This document shows positions 38,781 through 51,540 of a stretch of 64,000 bases of DNA, piece by piece (position 1 is the stretch's first letter; every line of letters begins with the position of its first letter). The notes under the pieces were generated by a model. That model did no database searches. It was not told where the DNA came from and was given only the letters and a program-made list of their open reading frames with translations. The stretch lies in assembly GCA_036172245.1 (NCBI GenBank), contig JAYWIR010000015.1:930001-994000 (forward strand). The letters run 5' to 3'. A program made the translations under genes and the position numbers. This DNA is from Raillietiella orientalis. Taxonomy: Eukaryota.

Positions 38781-41700
38781 CATCTGTGATGGATTTTTTC
38801 GATGTTGAGCGTGAAGATTCTTTCCCGTTGATCCTCAGTGTATCTGTTTGAAAAGGGAATCGCTCATCAGCAACGCAACATCATTGATCATCTACTCAGG
38901 TACACATTTTTTTGCCGGTTTCTCAGTGAAAATAGAAAATTTCGAAATACTCATATAAATCCCCGTTTTTTTTCTTCCTTAAACGCCCTTAACATCCTAG
39001 AACATTCCTGTCGATTTTGCAGGAGCTCTAAGGATGAAAGATCCCCAGATGTAGAATCTTTATAAAAAGTGTCCCATCGTCTCCGATATATTCATGAAGC
39101 AGAAAGTCCTTTTTGCCATTCTCCCGTCCCTTAACGTTCTTTGGCGTTGCATTCCCTTTCTTGTGCTGCCACTCTTGTTAAGCACTTGTGCTTTTATGGG
39201 ATTAGAATCCCTGTCCTTTAGTGATTTCCTGAAACATTCTAATGTTTGGTGCCCCCTCATGTAGCCTGCAAAGCTCCCTATTGTAGAACGAGCACTGCGT
39301 TCCCTATTCATTTTTGGAATAAAGAAGGCCCAAGGGTGGCTTAATATTTCAAAAATTGGGCTGATGGTTACCATTTTCTTAGCACTCTATCCACATGGCC
39401 GCCAACGCGGTCATGTGTTCAATCAGGACAGAGTGCCTCCACTCGTTAGAATTTTTTTTAAGCTTACTTTTTTTGAGCTTAGGGATGCAGGTTGCCCTGG
39501 GCAGTTTGGCTCGTCAAAGGTACTCGTGCACTACGTGAAACGTGTTAGTCCATCAAACATAGGAACATTTATCAAATTCATCGCAATATTTTTCAAAGTA
39601 TCCAACAAATATAATACTCTCAAACCAAAAATAATTGCACTCTTTGAACCAATAGAAATTCAGTTCGGAAGCAGACAAATTCTACAACCTTTCCCTTTGC
39701 ACGGAATAATACTGATTTTTAGTCTTTTCTTCTGAGAATGAAATCCTCAAGTCTTTAATATGAACAAGAAGTGGATGCCTTGGAGGAACAGATATCGGAA
39801 GGAGAAGAAATTTTTTTTTCGAATCATGGACTGAAGTTCTTTATTGGTATAGTTTCCTTGTGATGAATTCCGGGATTCATGATGATGCTTGCGAATTCCC
39901 GTTGAGCCTCTTTCATTCCTCAGAAGGCATCTCGGCTGCTACAAAAGAAAGCATTCAGCTGACTGGAAAACAAATCTGCTGCTTGCTGTGAAGGAAACTT
40001 TTTTCGGAAACTCGGTAACCTAAGGAGCTACCAGATGTCGAAACATCATGGGATTTTCTTTGTTTCTCCCAACTAACCGTTCAGAGCCAGAGTGACTCTC
40101 TGAATGCTCCTCAAAATGCTTCACATACTCCATGGTGACGATTCTGGATCTCGTTAGCTTTCTGGGCGCCAATGTGGCGAGTGTCTTTCAGCGCCAGCCC
40201 CTCCTCCTGTGCACCAGCGGTGGGTACTTTCTGCCAAAGTGCATATGCCGGATACTCGCAATATCTATTCTCCTACTTCCTTGTGATGTGTTCACGTTGT
40301 CAACAGCATGTAATCGGCACTCAAACTTCGCATCACATTTCTTCAGAACCTGAGCTGAAAATGCTACACAGAAACAGCATCCCGGGAAATTTCTGTACCC
40401 ATCGATAGCAAAAACATCCATCCCTTCCATTCTAAATCGGAAGAAATAAGTTCTCTCTTCGGGATTCTATGAAATCGTGCAAAGAGGAAACTTTTATCAA
40501 TGGCAGGTAACTGTTTTGAGAATATGAAATCTTCAAATGCCCATTCATCGGTCAATGTGATGCGAAGTGCCACTCCGAGGGGTAAAAAAGTTGATCTCTA
40601 CTTCAAATGTCGTTGCCTGTCGAGAGGTGAATCAAGAGTTGACCCCGTCCTGCATCCTTTGAAAGCAAAACAATTGTAACTACAAAAGGCCTCATAAAAA
40701 TCATACGTTGAAGCATTCCCAGAACAACATACAGCATACTGATTTGCTTGCTTCATGAACAAATAATGAATAATTTTACCACGTCAACCACAATGTACTG
40801 TATCGTGGATTCAATCCATGCTGCCACCGATTTTTATGCAGCGTTTCATTCAACTCCTACTTGATCAAATGGAAGGCTAACTTGAAAGCTTTAGTAGTAC
40901 GGTAGGTGCAGTCAAGGATTGCAAGATGTTATCATTCAAAAATGAAAAAAAGATATTATCTCGACTTTTATTCTATTGATAGGGACTTGTACCTCTAGCA
41001 GTCATTCCAATCTTTGTCACTAAAAAATATCGTATGGACGCCGTCCGCCCACAGATATTTATCAGATTCTTAGAGAGTTATAGGCAAAAATAAAAATGAA
41101 TCGGCAAAACGGCACCCAATGATATCGAGAATTCGTGGAAGAGAATGGACCCAAACGTTTCATTCTTAAACACGGAATCTTTCTGAGTAAACTCTGGTTC
41201 TCTCCCAAGAAAAACACACAACTTAAATGAGTCGGCTATTGCGAAATGACACACATTAAAAACTAAAGAGATGGACGGTGCAACTCGTTGAGCAGAATAC
41301 AATAAGCATGAGAAAAAGAAGAAAAATTCAGCCGATAACCACCGAAATCTTCATAAATTACCTGCCGTGCTTGAGAGCATTTTCATAATGAGTTTTTAGA
41401 ACAGTGAAATTGAAGAAAGCTTCCACTGATAGCATCAGTGATGGGACTGTAACGGAATACGAATATTTACACTTGCTTTCATTATGTGAATCGATCGATC
41501 TACTAAGCAATCTATCATGCCATCAGTCTAAGAGTTTTCAATAACACATTTGTTGTGTGTCTTGCGTTCCCATGCAAGTAGGTATACACCCAATAATAAA
41601 ATAAGCAGGATGGAAGATTCTCATGGACCCAAGGAAACCTTGGGCTGGAGGATATTCTGAAACGAAAAACAGATGGTTCCCTTTTAACCGAACGTTTCGT

Positions 41701-43819
41701 TCATCTCCGCTGTTATTTGTTGTCGAAGAAGAGCTAAGTTTCTTTTCCCAGCACGCGCGAGATGAACTGCTGGTACTCCTTCCGAGTCCAAGAGTCTTCG
41801 ATCTCCTTTTTGGCACTGCTGAGATTTCCCCTATACCGGTAAGCATTCTTCGAGAGAGATCTTCACTTTCACAAGTTACCGTTATTCCAGAAGGTGAAAC
41901 CGAACTTTTCCTCAATGTCTTTTCTGTAGGCGCCACTCTCGTTTTCCTCATTCACCGACGATTTTTGTTCGATCTCCAGGAATGTTACATCCTAACGTTT
42001 TCCGACATCGTGATGACGCGTATTGCACCGCTTAGACTTGGCCACGACCAGCGCTGTGAGCGCACAGCTTTCGAAGTGCTCCACGTACTGTACAGAAGCG
42101 TTTCAGGAGCAGCCTTCTTCGAAAAGAGGAACAATCGTTAGGGACTTGGCACGTCAGTGACCCCAGCTGAAAGAGATCCACCATGACGATTATTCATCAC
42201 GACCTTTTAATAAAATATATCTTCACAATGCACAGCAATGACATGGAAAAAGTTCCATCAACAATTTGTCCGGAGCTGCAAAATGACTTTAGCGCCTCAC
42301 TGTCCTCTTTCTGCGAGTTTCAGGCGTCCTCAGCGGGGCCGGCGAAACTGACACATACTCATCATCGAATCCTCTAATCGTGAGGGAAAACAAAAAACCG
42401 AGTTCCTTTCTCTCGCTTGCATTTTCACGCGCAAGACGTCAAGATGAGGAAGAAATTTCACGCAGCCACAGAAATCCTTTTGTTGCCCCACCGATAAATA
42501 GGGAGCATTGAACGACCGCAAGCTTTCCTGGGCGAAGACGAAAAAACTGAACTGCTGGACACTGCTGATCTTCATGTAGATGATTTCGAGGCAGCTGAAA
42601 CATCTCTCACTCGAGCTGTCTCTGGTCACTGGCAAATACTGCTGCCAGCAAAATCCACACTGAACACTCGGGATGATGGGGCCTTTTGGTGGAATGCTCC
42701 GACAAAGGTAAAGCCAGATGATTGCCGCATCCTTGGAGTGATTTGGGCTCTCAGGTCTCTGTTGGAGCCACTCTTCTGGGATTCTTATCTTCTGGGAGAC
42801 CCAGTGTCATGCAACTCTCGCGAAGCTATTCATTTACTAATTCAACTGAAGGTCGCTCGCAATGAACTTTGCACAGTCGGCTGGCCTTCACTTGGTATGT
42901 ATAATGCATGCAGCATAAGCTCCCACTTTGGGGAAGTGGAGGAAGAAACGCTTTGAAATTCCTGAGTTAATCTTCAGGTGAAAAGCTCCTTAGGCGCTGC
43001 TGGCGCTCACCTTTCCACCGAACTGGAAAGCATATGAGAAACGCAGAATCCTGTAAGGCGAAATACAGTTTCTGCCTTCTCTCGATTCTTGGTGCCTGGA
43101 GCCCACTCTGAGAGGAGGATATCGGAAGTCTTCAATTCTGGGTGGATGCGTAAATGCCTGGAAATATCCACGGAACTTCCACGCCGCTGCTGGCATTCCT
43201 CGGAACGTTCTTGTTCCATTTCGAGCTCAGTTTGCCCGCCGACAGTACAGCACATTCAAGAATCTTCTCTTGCGGGTGTGTGCTTGAGGAAAGCCAATTT
43301 TCAATCCAGTCTAGAATCTCATTATAGGTTATCCACTGTCTGAGCATGAGATGGTGAGTTCACAACCTCCGTCCGGAGACTTATGAGTGCAAAAACTGCT
43401 TGGGACGCAGTGGCAGCACGAACTTTGCTGACTTTCCAGAATTCGCTCGTTTAGAGAGCGAAATGTATGCCTCCAATTCTTTTGTATCTTTTGATGTGGC
43501 ACGTTCGAATCCGCCATTCGGCTACGAAGACTTATCGAAAAGAATGGGAACCGTGGCTTCCCCTTTCACGAATTCTGTTTTCTGAATGGGTTCTTTTAAC
43601 GTTCTGCATCCCTTAGACTTCATCGTGTCGAACTCTCCTCCAAAGCAAACTCTCCAAACATTACAAGTGTTGTTTTCTATAATTTGTCGATCCTAGAACG
43701 AACACCCGGACAATTTTCCTAGGAGCAATCTTTTACGTAGTCGTTTATTCGTAAATGCCAGACGCTGAATGCCCGTTGCTGTGGTTTTCTGAAGGTGCTT
43801 AAGTAGACCATTAGAGCTC

Positions 43820-43868
43820 GATGAATAAATAACAGTCCGGATGAATAAATAACAGTCCGGATGAATAA
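43820..43868. repeat. Perfect 20 bp tandem duplication, about 2.4 copies
   Basis: gatgaataaataacagtccg twice, then gatgaataa. Confidence 0.95.
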
Positions 43869-45504
43869 GTAATCGATCAATAAATAATGAGCAAATCAAT
43901 TCTCTGAAAGAAAGAAGAAACGAAATCCTCGAGAATGCCTGAGCTGGGCAGTTTCCACTGATTGGGAAGTGTGGAGTTTGCCTCATTCCCTGAGACACAC
44001 ACCCCTTCTCTTAATTTAGCTTTCTTTTTCTTTGCAATTCGGGCAGATTTATTAAAGAAAAGCTATTAGTTGCGTGCCATTCTTTCAAAGGAACGATTGC
44101 TGACACAAATGCACCTTAAGGTTAGCAAGGATCACGGTGATCTACATAAAAATAGGTTTTCCAAGATCATTTCCTTTCTGCGCGGTTCCAAGAGCTGTCG
44201 CTCTTTGCGTGAATAATTTCGTGCTTGCAGACGGCGGACGATGAAATACGAGAGCTTCCAGCGGCGTCCAGGAAGTTCTCACCACGGCTTTCGTCAAGCC
44301 AACGCGAAGCAGGGATATGCCACCTTCTTATCTGAGCATGGAAACCAGCGCGGTTATCCTTCCGCCCCATTCGAACCATCTCGCGGGTGGAGAGCTTCAT
44401 TTCGAATGCGTACGCAAGGACAAGGATCAGTGGACACTGGCTTGCTGGGCGCGTACTTCTCATGCTCAGGGAATGTAGGTCGTCCCGAGGAGATCAAACG
44501 GGTTGGGCGCTTTGAGCACAGTCAGGTAGCAAACTACGAGGAGAACACCGAGCACACAACCTTCTTCAGTGTACGTATGAACGAAACTGCGCAGAAGTAA
44601 TCTTAAGGGTGGCTGAGCCCATACAAGTGCCCGTGGTATGGAACCTCATTAGCAATGGGAAAAGAAGGAAAAGCGTTGCGCAAGAGGTTACGGTAAATTT
44701 CAACGAAATCGGGAATCCAAGTTTTCAAATCCAGCACCAAGTTCCATCAGTTTTGCCTCCATTTCGCAGACTCGCGTCGTGATGCGTTTTGAGGACTCGA
44801 AGGCAAATGCTGATCAAGAACCCTCTTTTGTCATCGTATTTGTTATCGCTCAGGGCTTTTGAGATCCTTTTTGACCATGATCTCCGAGGCACCAAATAGG
44901 GAAAGTGATAGAAGGGAACTTTTCTTGAAGCCGTGAAAGATTATGCAAGGGGAATGGTGTTTTCCATGGTTTTCCCTCAGCTCTTTCGTCATAGGAAATA
45001 AACCACCTTAGAGATCGGGATGAACGTCGCTCCCACTGGCTTCCAACTGATTACCCTCACTCAAGGATTGCAACGCTCGCGTTTCGGGACCTGAACAGAG
45101 TGGATTTGCAGCTGCAGATCCTGGGGACATCTGGGGAGGAGGCTGAAAAGGAAGGCAGGGAGCTTTCGAAGAAGACAACTCTCTCGATAACTTTTGGCAT
45201 CCATCCGGTGGGCACGTTCGCAGCTCGAAATTCTCTTCCGCCTAACCCATCCCAGGCTGCCTGGTTTTCTCATCAGAAACTGATCGTCATCAGTCTGAGT
45301 CGGCAACGAAATTCAGAAGTCCTTTCCCAGATGCATGCACCAGCCTCCGTTCAGGAGGAGCACATCTGTTCAAAGACAAAGCTTGAAGTTTTCAAATCCA
45401 CTCTGAATGCAGATGCCATTCATATAATAAATTCCAGTTCATGACGAAGTTGATGATGGGAATCTCTCTGGGTCCTTTTCTGTTCCGCTTCTTCTTTTTT
45501 TTTT

Positions 45505-45590
45505 TTTTCCTTCCAGCTTTTTTTTTTTTGGTTCGCCGAGTGCTGAAGAACTGTTTGCCTCCGTTGGCGGCTCACGAAGCTCTTTAACTC
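45505..45590. repeat. Dispersed repeat with poly(T), copy 2 (paralogue at 33212-33325)
   Basis: Aligns by eye to 33212-33325, including the ttttccttccagc motif on the far side of the T tract. Confidence 0.75.
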
Positions 45591-48500
45591 CATCCACGCC
45601 ACCCGAGGGTGCTTGTGATGAGGATGGCAACAAGATGGCTCCCAACTGAAGGACTGTACGCAATGAGAGCTCCCCGGCAGTCCTTGAAAGGATGCAGAGG
45701 ACCGCCCTCAGCAGGACGTGATCCCTTCCCGCACCTCCCCAAAGTTTATTTGTTTATGGACCGCCAATGCGTTTCCAACTCACTCCCTGCATCTCAGCTA
45801 TTCCGGAAATGGACAAACTTTACAACGAAATGGAAGCGTTGAGATGTCATATAGAATAGCTAGATCTCATTAAAGAGATAATAAGAGAGATGAACCAGAC
45901 GTAAAAAGTTGTATTTTAAGGGTAAGGAAGAAAAGTTACGATGGACCATGCATAAACCTAAAATAGGAATCTCAGATCACTTTTTACCTTTGTATGTGAG
46001 TATTTTTTGATTCTGTTGGTCGCGATCTTTGCAACTGAATCCATTCTCTAAACAGATCTCTAAAAGCAGTATGCTCGCAGGAAAGCATGAAAATTTTGTC
46101 CGATGGTTTGTGATTAGAAGAGGAGCTCTTCAATCTTCCGGAGTAGAAGAATTACGAGGAAATGGCACAGAAGACTGAAATGAATGGAGACATCACTAAT
46201 AATCCGAGAGAAGCTGCAGTTCACTCAACTGGGAGAGATGACGAATCTTTCAAGTTGTTGAGTCTTGAAAATCATTGGAAAAAGAGCAATGTCAGTGGAT
46301 TCGAGGGTCAGGTTGCGACCATGGGGGAGTGAAACTTGGTGTTACACACATAGTGAAGAGCTCCAGGTTAGAATGTTCCTGTGTTCGGGAGAAGTGAGCT
46401 AGAGAGAGTTGTTGATAGTGATAAGATGCGAGCACTGAAAATCACTGGAAAGTTCCGTCTTTCTCCCATGGGCTTCAAAATGTGCTGTTGGCAAAATACG
46501 TGGAAAACCTTTCCAGTAGGAAACACTTCTAATGCTGGTTATCAAGAGTTAAAATAAATTTAGAAACTCCATTCAAATGGCATGGGAATAAGTTAAACGA
46601 ACAAATCATTCCAATAATCAGAATAATGACAATTCATTCCAATAGATTAATAGTATAATAATCTAATCGGAACAAATGCTCGTTGGTAAGCGAGCGTTTG
46701 TGCCCAACGTCTTTCCCGCCTGCAATTTCAGCTGAGTAAGAAGTTGCATAGGCTGGATGCCATTTCAGATTTTCAGGCATTTGGTCCAAATTCTGCACAT
46801 AGCCAACTCTCAGCTCTAATGAGCAGTTTCACGAGAGATAGTGGGTGCTAATCCGTCTTCTACGCACCATTCCACCACTTCTCCATTCACAACTTGTATA
46901 CATCTTTCCTGTGTATTTTAATGCATCAACATTTAATTTGATTATATGGAAAACCTTTTTGTTTTTCGGATCATGCTCTTGCAGTGGCTTTTATCTTTTC
47001 AGCTACTCGAGAACTTTGTAGTCAATCTATACGATATTTTCTACTGCTATCCTCTGTGTTGTCCGTTACTCTTACGCAGCCGTGTCAACATGGACCTTCG
47101 GAAATTTTCTTCAAAACACGCAGACTATGGTTTGCTGTGAGATAGAAAGCAGAAAAACAACTTTGCATCTCCAAGAAGTGCCCTTGAGAAATAGGTTGGT
47201 GGAAAATATTGGCTTGTGTTTGCAGATTAGCGGATTAAAAACACGAATTACGTATGCAGTTCTTTCTTCACACATCTTTGACACTCTTAAGTTTCAGTTA
47301 TATGGATGCTCCCCCACAGCTCCTTACATTATAGATGATGATGATTATCCACATAAATGACCCGTACCAAAATGCTACTAAATCGAGGACTAATTGAATT
47401 CTTGAAAAGTTTGTGTTTGAAAACTTCGTGTGTCTTGCCATTTTTCTTTTGTTTTAAAATGAACCATTCAAAAATAGGAAACTCAGTGTGGATGGAAAGG
47501 AAATCGGAAAAACTGTCCATGCCAAAAGCAAGCAGATGAATGATGCAAGAGTGGGCACTTGCCTCTTGGCAAGTTCTCCTTATAAACTGCACTGTTCCAT
47601 TGACGTGATCAAAACTTGCTAAATTGCAACCCCATGCAGCCCCTTGGTTCGTAAACGAAAGACTCTCAGTGCAACTGACGAGGCATTCTTTTGAAAGAAG
47701 GGTCGCTTAATTTGAAAGTGAGGGTGTTTTCACTGACCTGACCTGGCGCTCGAAGGAAAGGGAAAAGTCTACTCACTGTGCATGATAATGTGCAACCAAA
47801 TTCCTTTCTTTCTTCCCTGAAACTGCAAACGCCGTTTAACACAATTGGGGGATCCCAAATTATGGTGGCAGATTTGGGTTTTGCTTACGTGCTTCGTAAA
47901 CTGATTGTGAAACGAGCTCGGTGGACAGAAAAGTGTGACACCACTATTCGGTGCACTCTGACGTCAGAGATGAAGTCACAACCACCGTCAAACGGCAGAA
48001 TCCTCCGCGGTTCCTCTTCAAGATTCTTCGCAAGCAGATTCCACTTTTTAGAGAACAGAGCTTAGAATGCATCGTATGCCTCTATGCTAAAGGGAAAATA
48101 GAAGTCACCAATTTAAAAAGACACAGTGTATTAAACAAGTGAGGATCTTTTGAAATTACTTCTACACGAAAAAACAGGATAAAATAGAATCCCAGCAATC
48201 TGGGACAGTTTGTATCTTCATGCATGCATGTTTCTGACGTAATTTCAGGTGAAATTTAATTTATGGATTGCGTGTATATTACAAGATTGGATTTAATTCA
48301 CTGGAGGAAAACATCGAATTTTAGGAACACTAAATCAAATATTGAGAAACCATTTTGAAGATTCTTGGCACTCGTTCAGAAAGTAGAATCAAAATGCTTC
48401 CCGGATAATGGCTATTTGTTCTACGATATTCCAAAATGTACATTGCATGTGAATACGAAATATGCGGAATATTCTTTATAAAAAGGATATATTTTAGTAG

Positions 48501-49168
48501 TGACTTTCGTTCACCCAGAAGTTGCGTTATTTGAAATGGTAAAAAAATGGAACTAGGTAGGATAAAAATGTCTAAAAATGATCGAAAGTAATGATAGGGT
48601 TAATACCAGGTTTAATAGGATACCTGCCTCTTTGGTTTCAACCAAAACAAGGCCAAATCATGCGTGATTCATACCTTTGGGGCTTTGCCAGACATTTGCT
48701 ATGTAGAAAAATCCTTACTGTTTGATAAGCTCTCCATATAAATTTAGAATTTACATCGTAGATTAGATTGTTTTAAAGAAAAAAAAGGAGAACAGAATAG
48801 AGGATGATTCACGGTAGAGGATGATTAGGTCAATCGCTCAGCATGCCCAGCTAAGAGTTTCGTTTCAGTAAGGAGTAAGCAATTCATTTACGTTTCATTT
48901 ATACATAACAGATGACTCCCATGAGCGGTGTTTGCATTTGTGAGTAATGAAAACGCATATCATTCCCATTGTAATGAAAAATCAGTCACTAAGGTGATTT
49001 TGGATGTTTATTTCCAAAGACTGAACATCCTCAAAGAGCTCCGCGCATTGAAGGGGAACGATTGGACACCAAAGGACATCTGACTGAAATGAGGAAAGAG
49101 CGTGTAGTCCTGAACCCTCCCCTCATTACCCCATTGGAAAAATGCCCATAATCAGTTGAAAACTTCCT

Positions 49169-49174
49169 TTTATT
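49169..49174 (-). promoter_or_regulatory. Candidate polyadenylation signal AATAAA of the chitin-binding protein gene
   Basis: AATAAA on the minus strand about 63 nt after the stop codon; another candidate lies near 49010. Confidence 0.35.
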
Positions 49175-49236
49175 ATTTCCAGCTCTTCAATTATTCTTTC
49201 TTTTGTAACCTTTCCACGTCGTGGTCTGCAGCTTCA

Positions 49237-49452
49237 TCATTTTTCATTTATCGATTCGTAGAAATAATAGTAATCTTCATTGTCAGAAAGGTCCTCCTCT
49301 ATAAAAACACTGTTAAGTTTGTAGTACTTGGTTGCTGTGGAGCAGTCGAAATTGTGGTAAAAGTCACAAACGAAAAATTTCTGGTTGAAGATGGTCGTAT
49401 TCGGACACAAGAAACTGCTGTACGTATAGTCAGGATAACAGTAGTGGAAAAC
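49237..49452 (-). CDS. Last coding exon of a single-ChtBD2 (peritrophin-A/CBM14) secreted protein, CPAP1-like
   Basis: Acceptor ttctctttttag then VFHYCYPDYTYSSFLCPNTTIFNQKFFVCDFYHNFDCSTATKYYKLNSVFIEEDLSDNEDYYYFYESINEK-TGA. It supplies Cys3-6 of the domain and joins in phase 0 to exon 56905-57113. It is absent from the ORF track; the plus ORF 49156-49488 is its shadow. Confidence 0.92.
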   Translation of the reverse strand, partial: VFHYCYPDYTYSSFLCPNTTIFNQKFFVCDFYHNFDCSTATKYYKLNSVFIEEDLSDNEDYYYFYESINEK

Positions 49453-50239
49453 CTAAAAAGAGAATTTCGCTTCATTCCACATACCTAGGAAAACTCCAGC
49501 ATCCCTTGCATCTTTGATTAAATCGCTTTAGTTACCGCCACAAGAAAACACGTGAAACGTGGACGATCAGTTTGCAACGACCGCCGACGCCGGACCGGCA
49601 GCAAAACAGCCTTCCGGCCCTTCCTCTGTGTGGTTCGCCTCACGCAAAACCACCAGCATCTCGCGGATGTTGCGGAGGGATCAGCCGTTCTGTTGGACAA
49701 GCTGCTGATGCTCTCAAAAGCTTATCATCATCACTCATCATCCCTCGTCTCAGCCGACTCTGCCCTACGGGCAGCGGGGTCCGTCCCCATCGAAGACATG
49801 CCCTCCGCATCTTTTGGACGGAATGCCTCTCGGACTTTCGATTTCTGCGAAGATCGAACTGGAGATGTGGACCCGGAGTGTGGACAAAGGATTCGAGGAT
49901 TGCACCTCACGTCGCGGCTTCTTGCAAGAAGAATCGAAAAAGCGAACCCGTCCCAAGAGACTGAACACACTGGAAGATTTGGTAACCGCATAAAAATGTA
50001 AAGCCTTCAACTTGTGTGGCTGGAAAGGTTCCTGTCAGTGTTCTCATGTGTGCGTGAGGGCAACAGACAAGCCCTGTCTACCGTGTTGTATTCGTGACTG
50101 GCCACGGAAATTTATGCAAAATGCTGACATTTCGTGTTTTACATACGAGGCAGAGAAAAGCGACCATTTGCAATGTTCCTGCTTAGAGATTTCCGTCGTA
50201 ATAGTGCGGTCCATGAATTGTGTGGGAATACATAAAAAT

Positions 50240-51540
50240 GAGCCGTAGTAAGTATGCACGTCTATGAGCGTACCGCGTTCTTGGTAAGCACCTAACAACA
50301 GCTCTCTCTCCTTTTTACTGCCTCCTTACTCTGGCGTCTATTGAGGGGATTCTTAGCAGCTTACCATGTCGACCTACTTTAGCTTGTATGCGAGTGTGGT
50401 GCCTCCAAAAGTACTATTTATTGTCCTGTTTGCCATGACCGCTTGAAGATCTGTGGATGCTTCCTTTCGGAATGTGCACCCGCAGACTAGACATTTTGCA
50501 ATCGTTCTTGCACTACAGCAGGAACCGAAGAACTCCTGGGTGGCTGGAAGACGCGCCAGTTAGCAGATGCTGCTATACCGCGTGCGCAACTGCTGCAGGA
50601 CTTGTTCGGTGGTGCGAACTTTTAAATGTTGCCCCCGAAGTGTTAGTGGTCCCGCCAAACTGGGTTAACACTTCAGTGTTTCCACTTAGTTGGAAACAGG
50701 ACGTACTGCTCCTCGTGCACTGGGGATTCCAGTGCAACGAGCTACGGCATCGTGTTTCCCGGTGGGGTTGCTTCCCCTAACTGTGGCAGGTGCGCACTTG
50801 CTTTAAGACTGCGGTGCCCTCCAGAAACTATGGCGGAGGCTGGCAGCAGCACTCCTGCGCCAGGAGGAGACCGCTCGAGATGTGCTGCGGAGGCTCTTCG
50901 CACCTAGTGGGCTCACGACTGGCGCCGTGATCGCAACCATAAATTGCATACGCGCCATCGTCACAGTCCGAAATGTGCTGGAGACCACCAGGCGGTAATG
51001 GGATGTCACCGCGATGGCAGCCACCTACACCGTGGGACGGCTGCGAGTTGGCATCACCTTGACGAATAGAAGGAGGAGATCGCCGGCATAGAGCACCGGT
51101 TTACGGAGGATTAGGAACGGTCGATCCCGGTGACCCAAGTCTCCAGTCCTCCCTTATTTATTGAATTTTGTTTTCATTTCTGTACTCCCTATCCCTGTTC
51201 GCTCCGTCAATTTCCCGGTGCTTCGATTTTCTTTATCTATTCCCCGGTGCGTGCAGGGCGAGACCAAAGATCCCTGCCCCAAACCACCCAATCTTATTTA
51301 CTTTTTTTCGTCCCCATGTCCTTTACCCGTTCCAGACATTTCGTTTTCCCGGCCTGCGTGTCAGTGGATCTTCCCCTTTCTTCCTCGTATTCGGCGGCTG
51401 GGAACTTTGGTTCCCAACTGGTTTATGAAAATATGAGCGGATGAGAAATTTTCCATTCGTGATCCCGAATGTTTTTGTCCTGTTTCTTTTCCTCTCCGAA
51501 AGGAAAAACTGCTATGCCCTCTGCATCGCTTTTCTTCTGA
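50240..51540 (+). mobile_element. 3' fragment of the same L1/Tx1-like family (C-terminal zinc finger and 3' UTR); copy D, intronic and antisense to the host gene
   Basis: FPLSWKQDVLLLVHWGFQC...GVASPNCGRC/AHLL*DCGALQKLWRRL...RDVLRRLFAPSGLTTGAVIATINCIRAIVTVRNVL aligns with copy B. The CxxC...HLLxDC motif is the non-LTR ORF2 CCHC finger. A pyrimidine-rich UTR follows from about 51130. Boundaries are approximate. Confidence 0.72.

Noticed and set aside
41650..42160. Minus-strand RT remnant (IVPLFEEG..., KFGF)
   Set aside because: Resemblance is too loose to call without a profile search.
44200..44600. Endonuclease-like remnant; similar GC-rich patches at 5371-5690, 12900-13130 and 18480-18780
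   Set aside because: Probably old TE debris, but the motifs are too fragmentary to assign.
49120..49239. Stop-codon readthrough extension of the chitin-binding protein
   Set aside because: The frame stays open after the stop, but there are two tandem TGA codons and a poly(A) signal candidate inside; no supporting evidence.
49156..49488. Plus-strand 110 aa ORF
   Set aside because: It is the in-register antisense shadow of the ChtBD2 last exon.
50740..50800. Minus-strand gag-type knuckle CHS*GKQPHRETRC
   Set aside because: The plus strand of the same bases aligns with LINE copy B, so the minus-strand pattern is coincidental.
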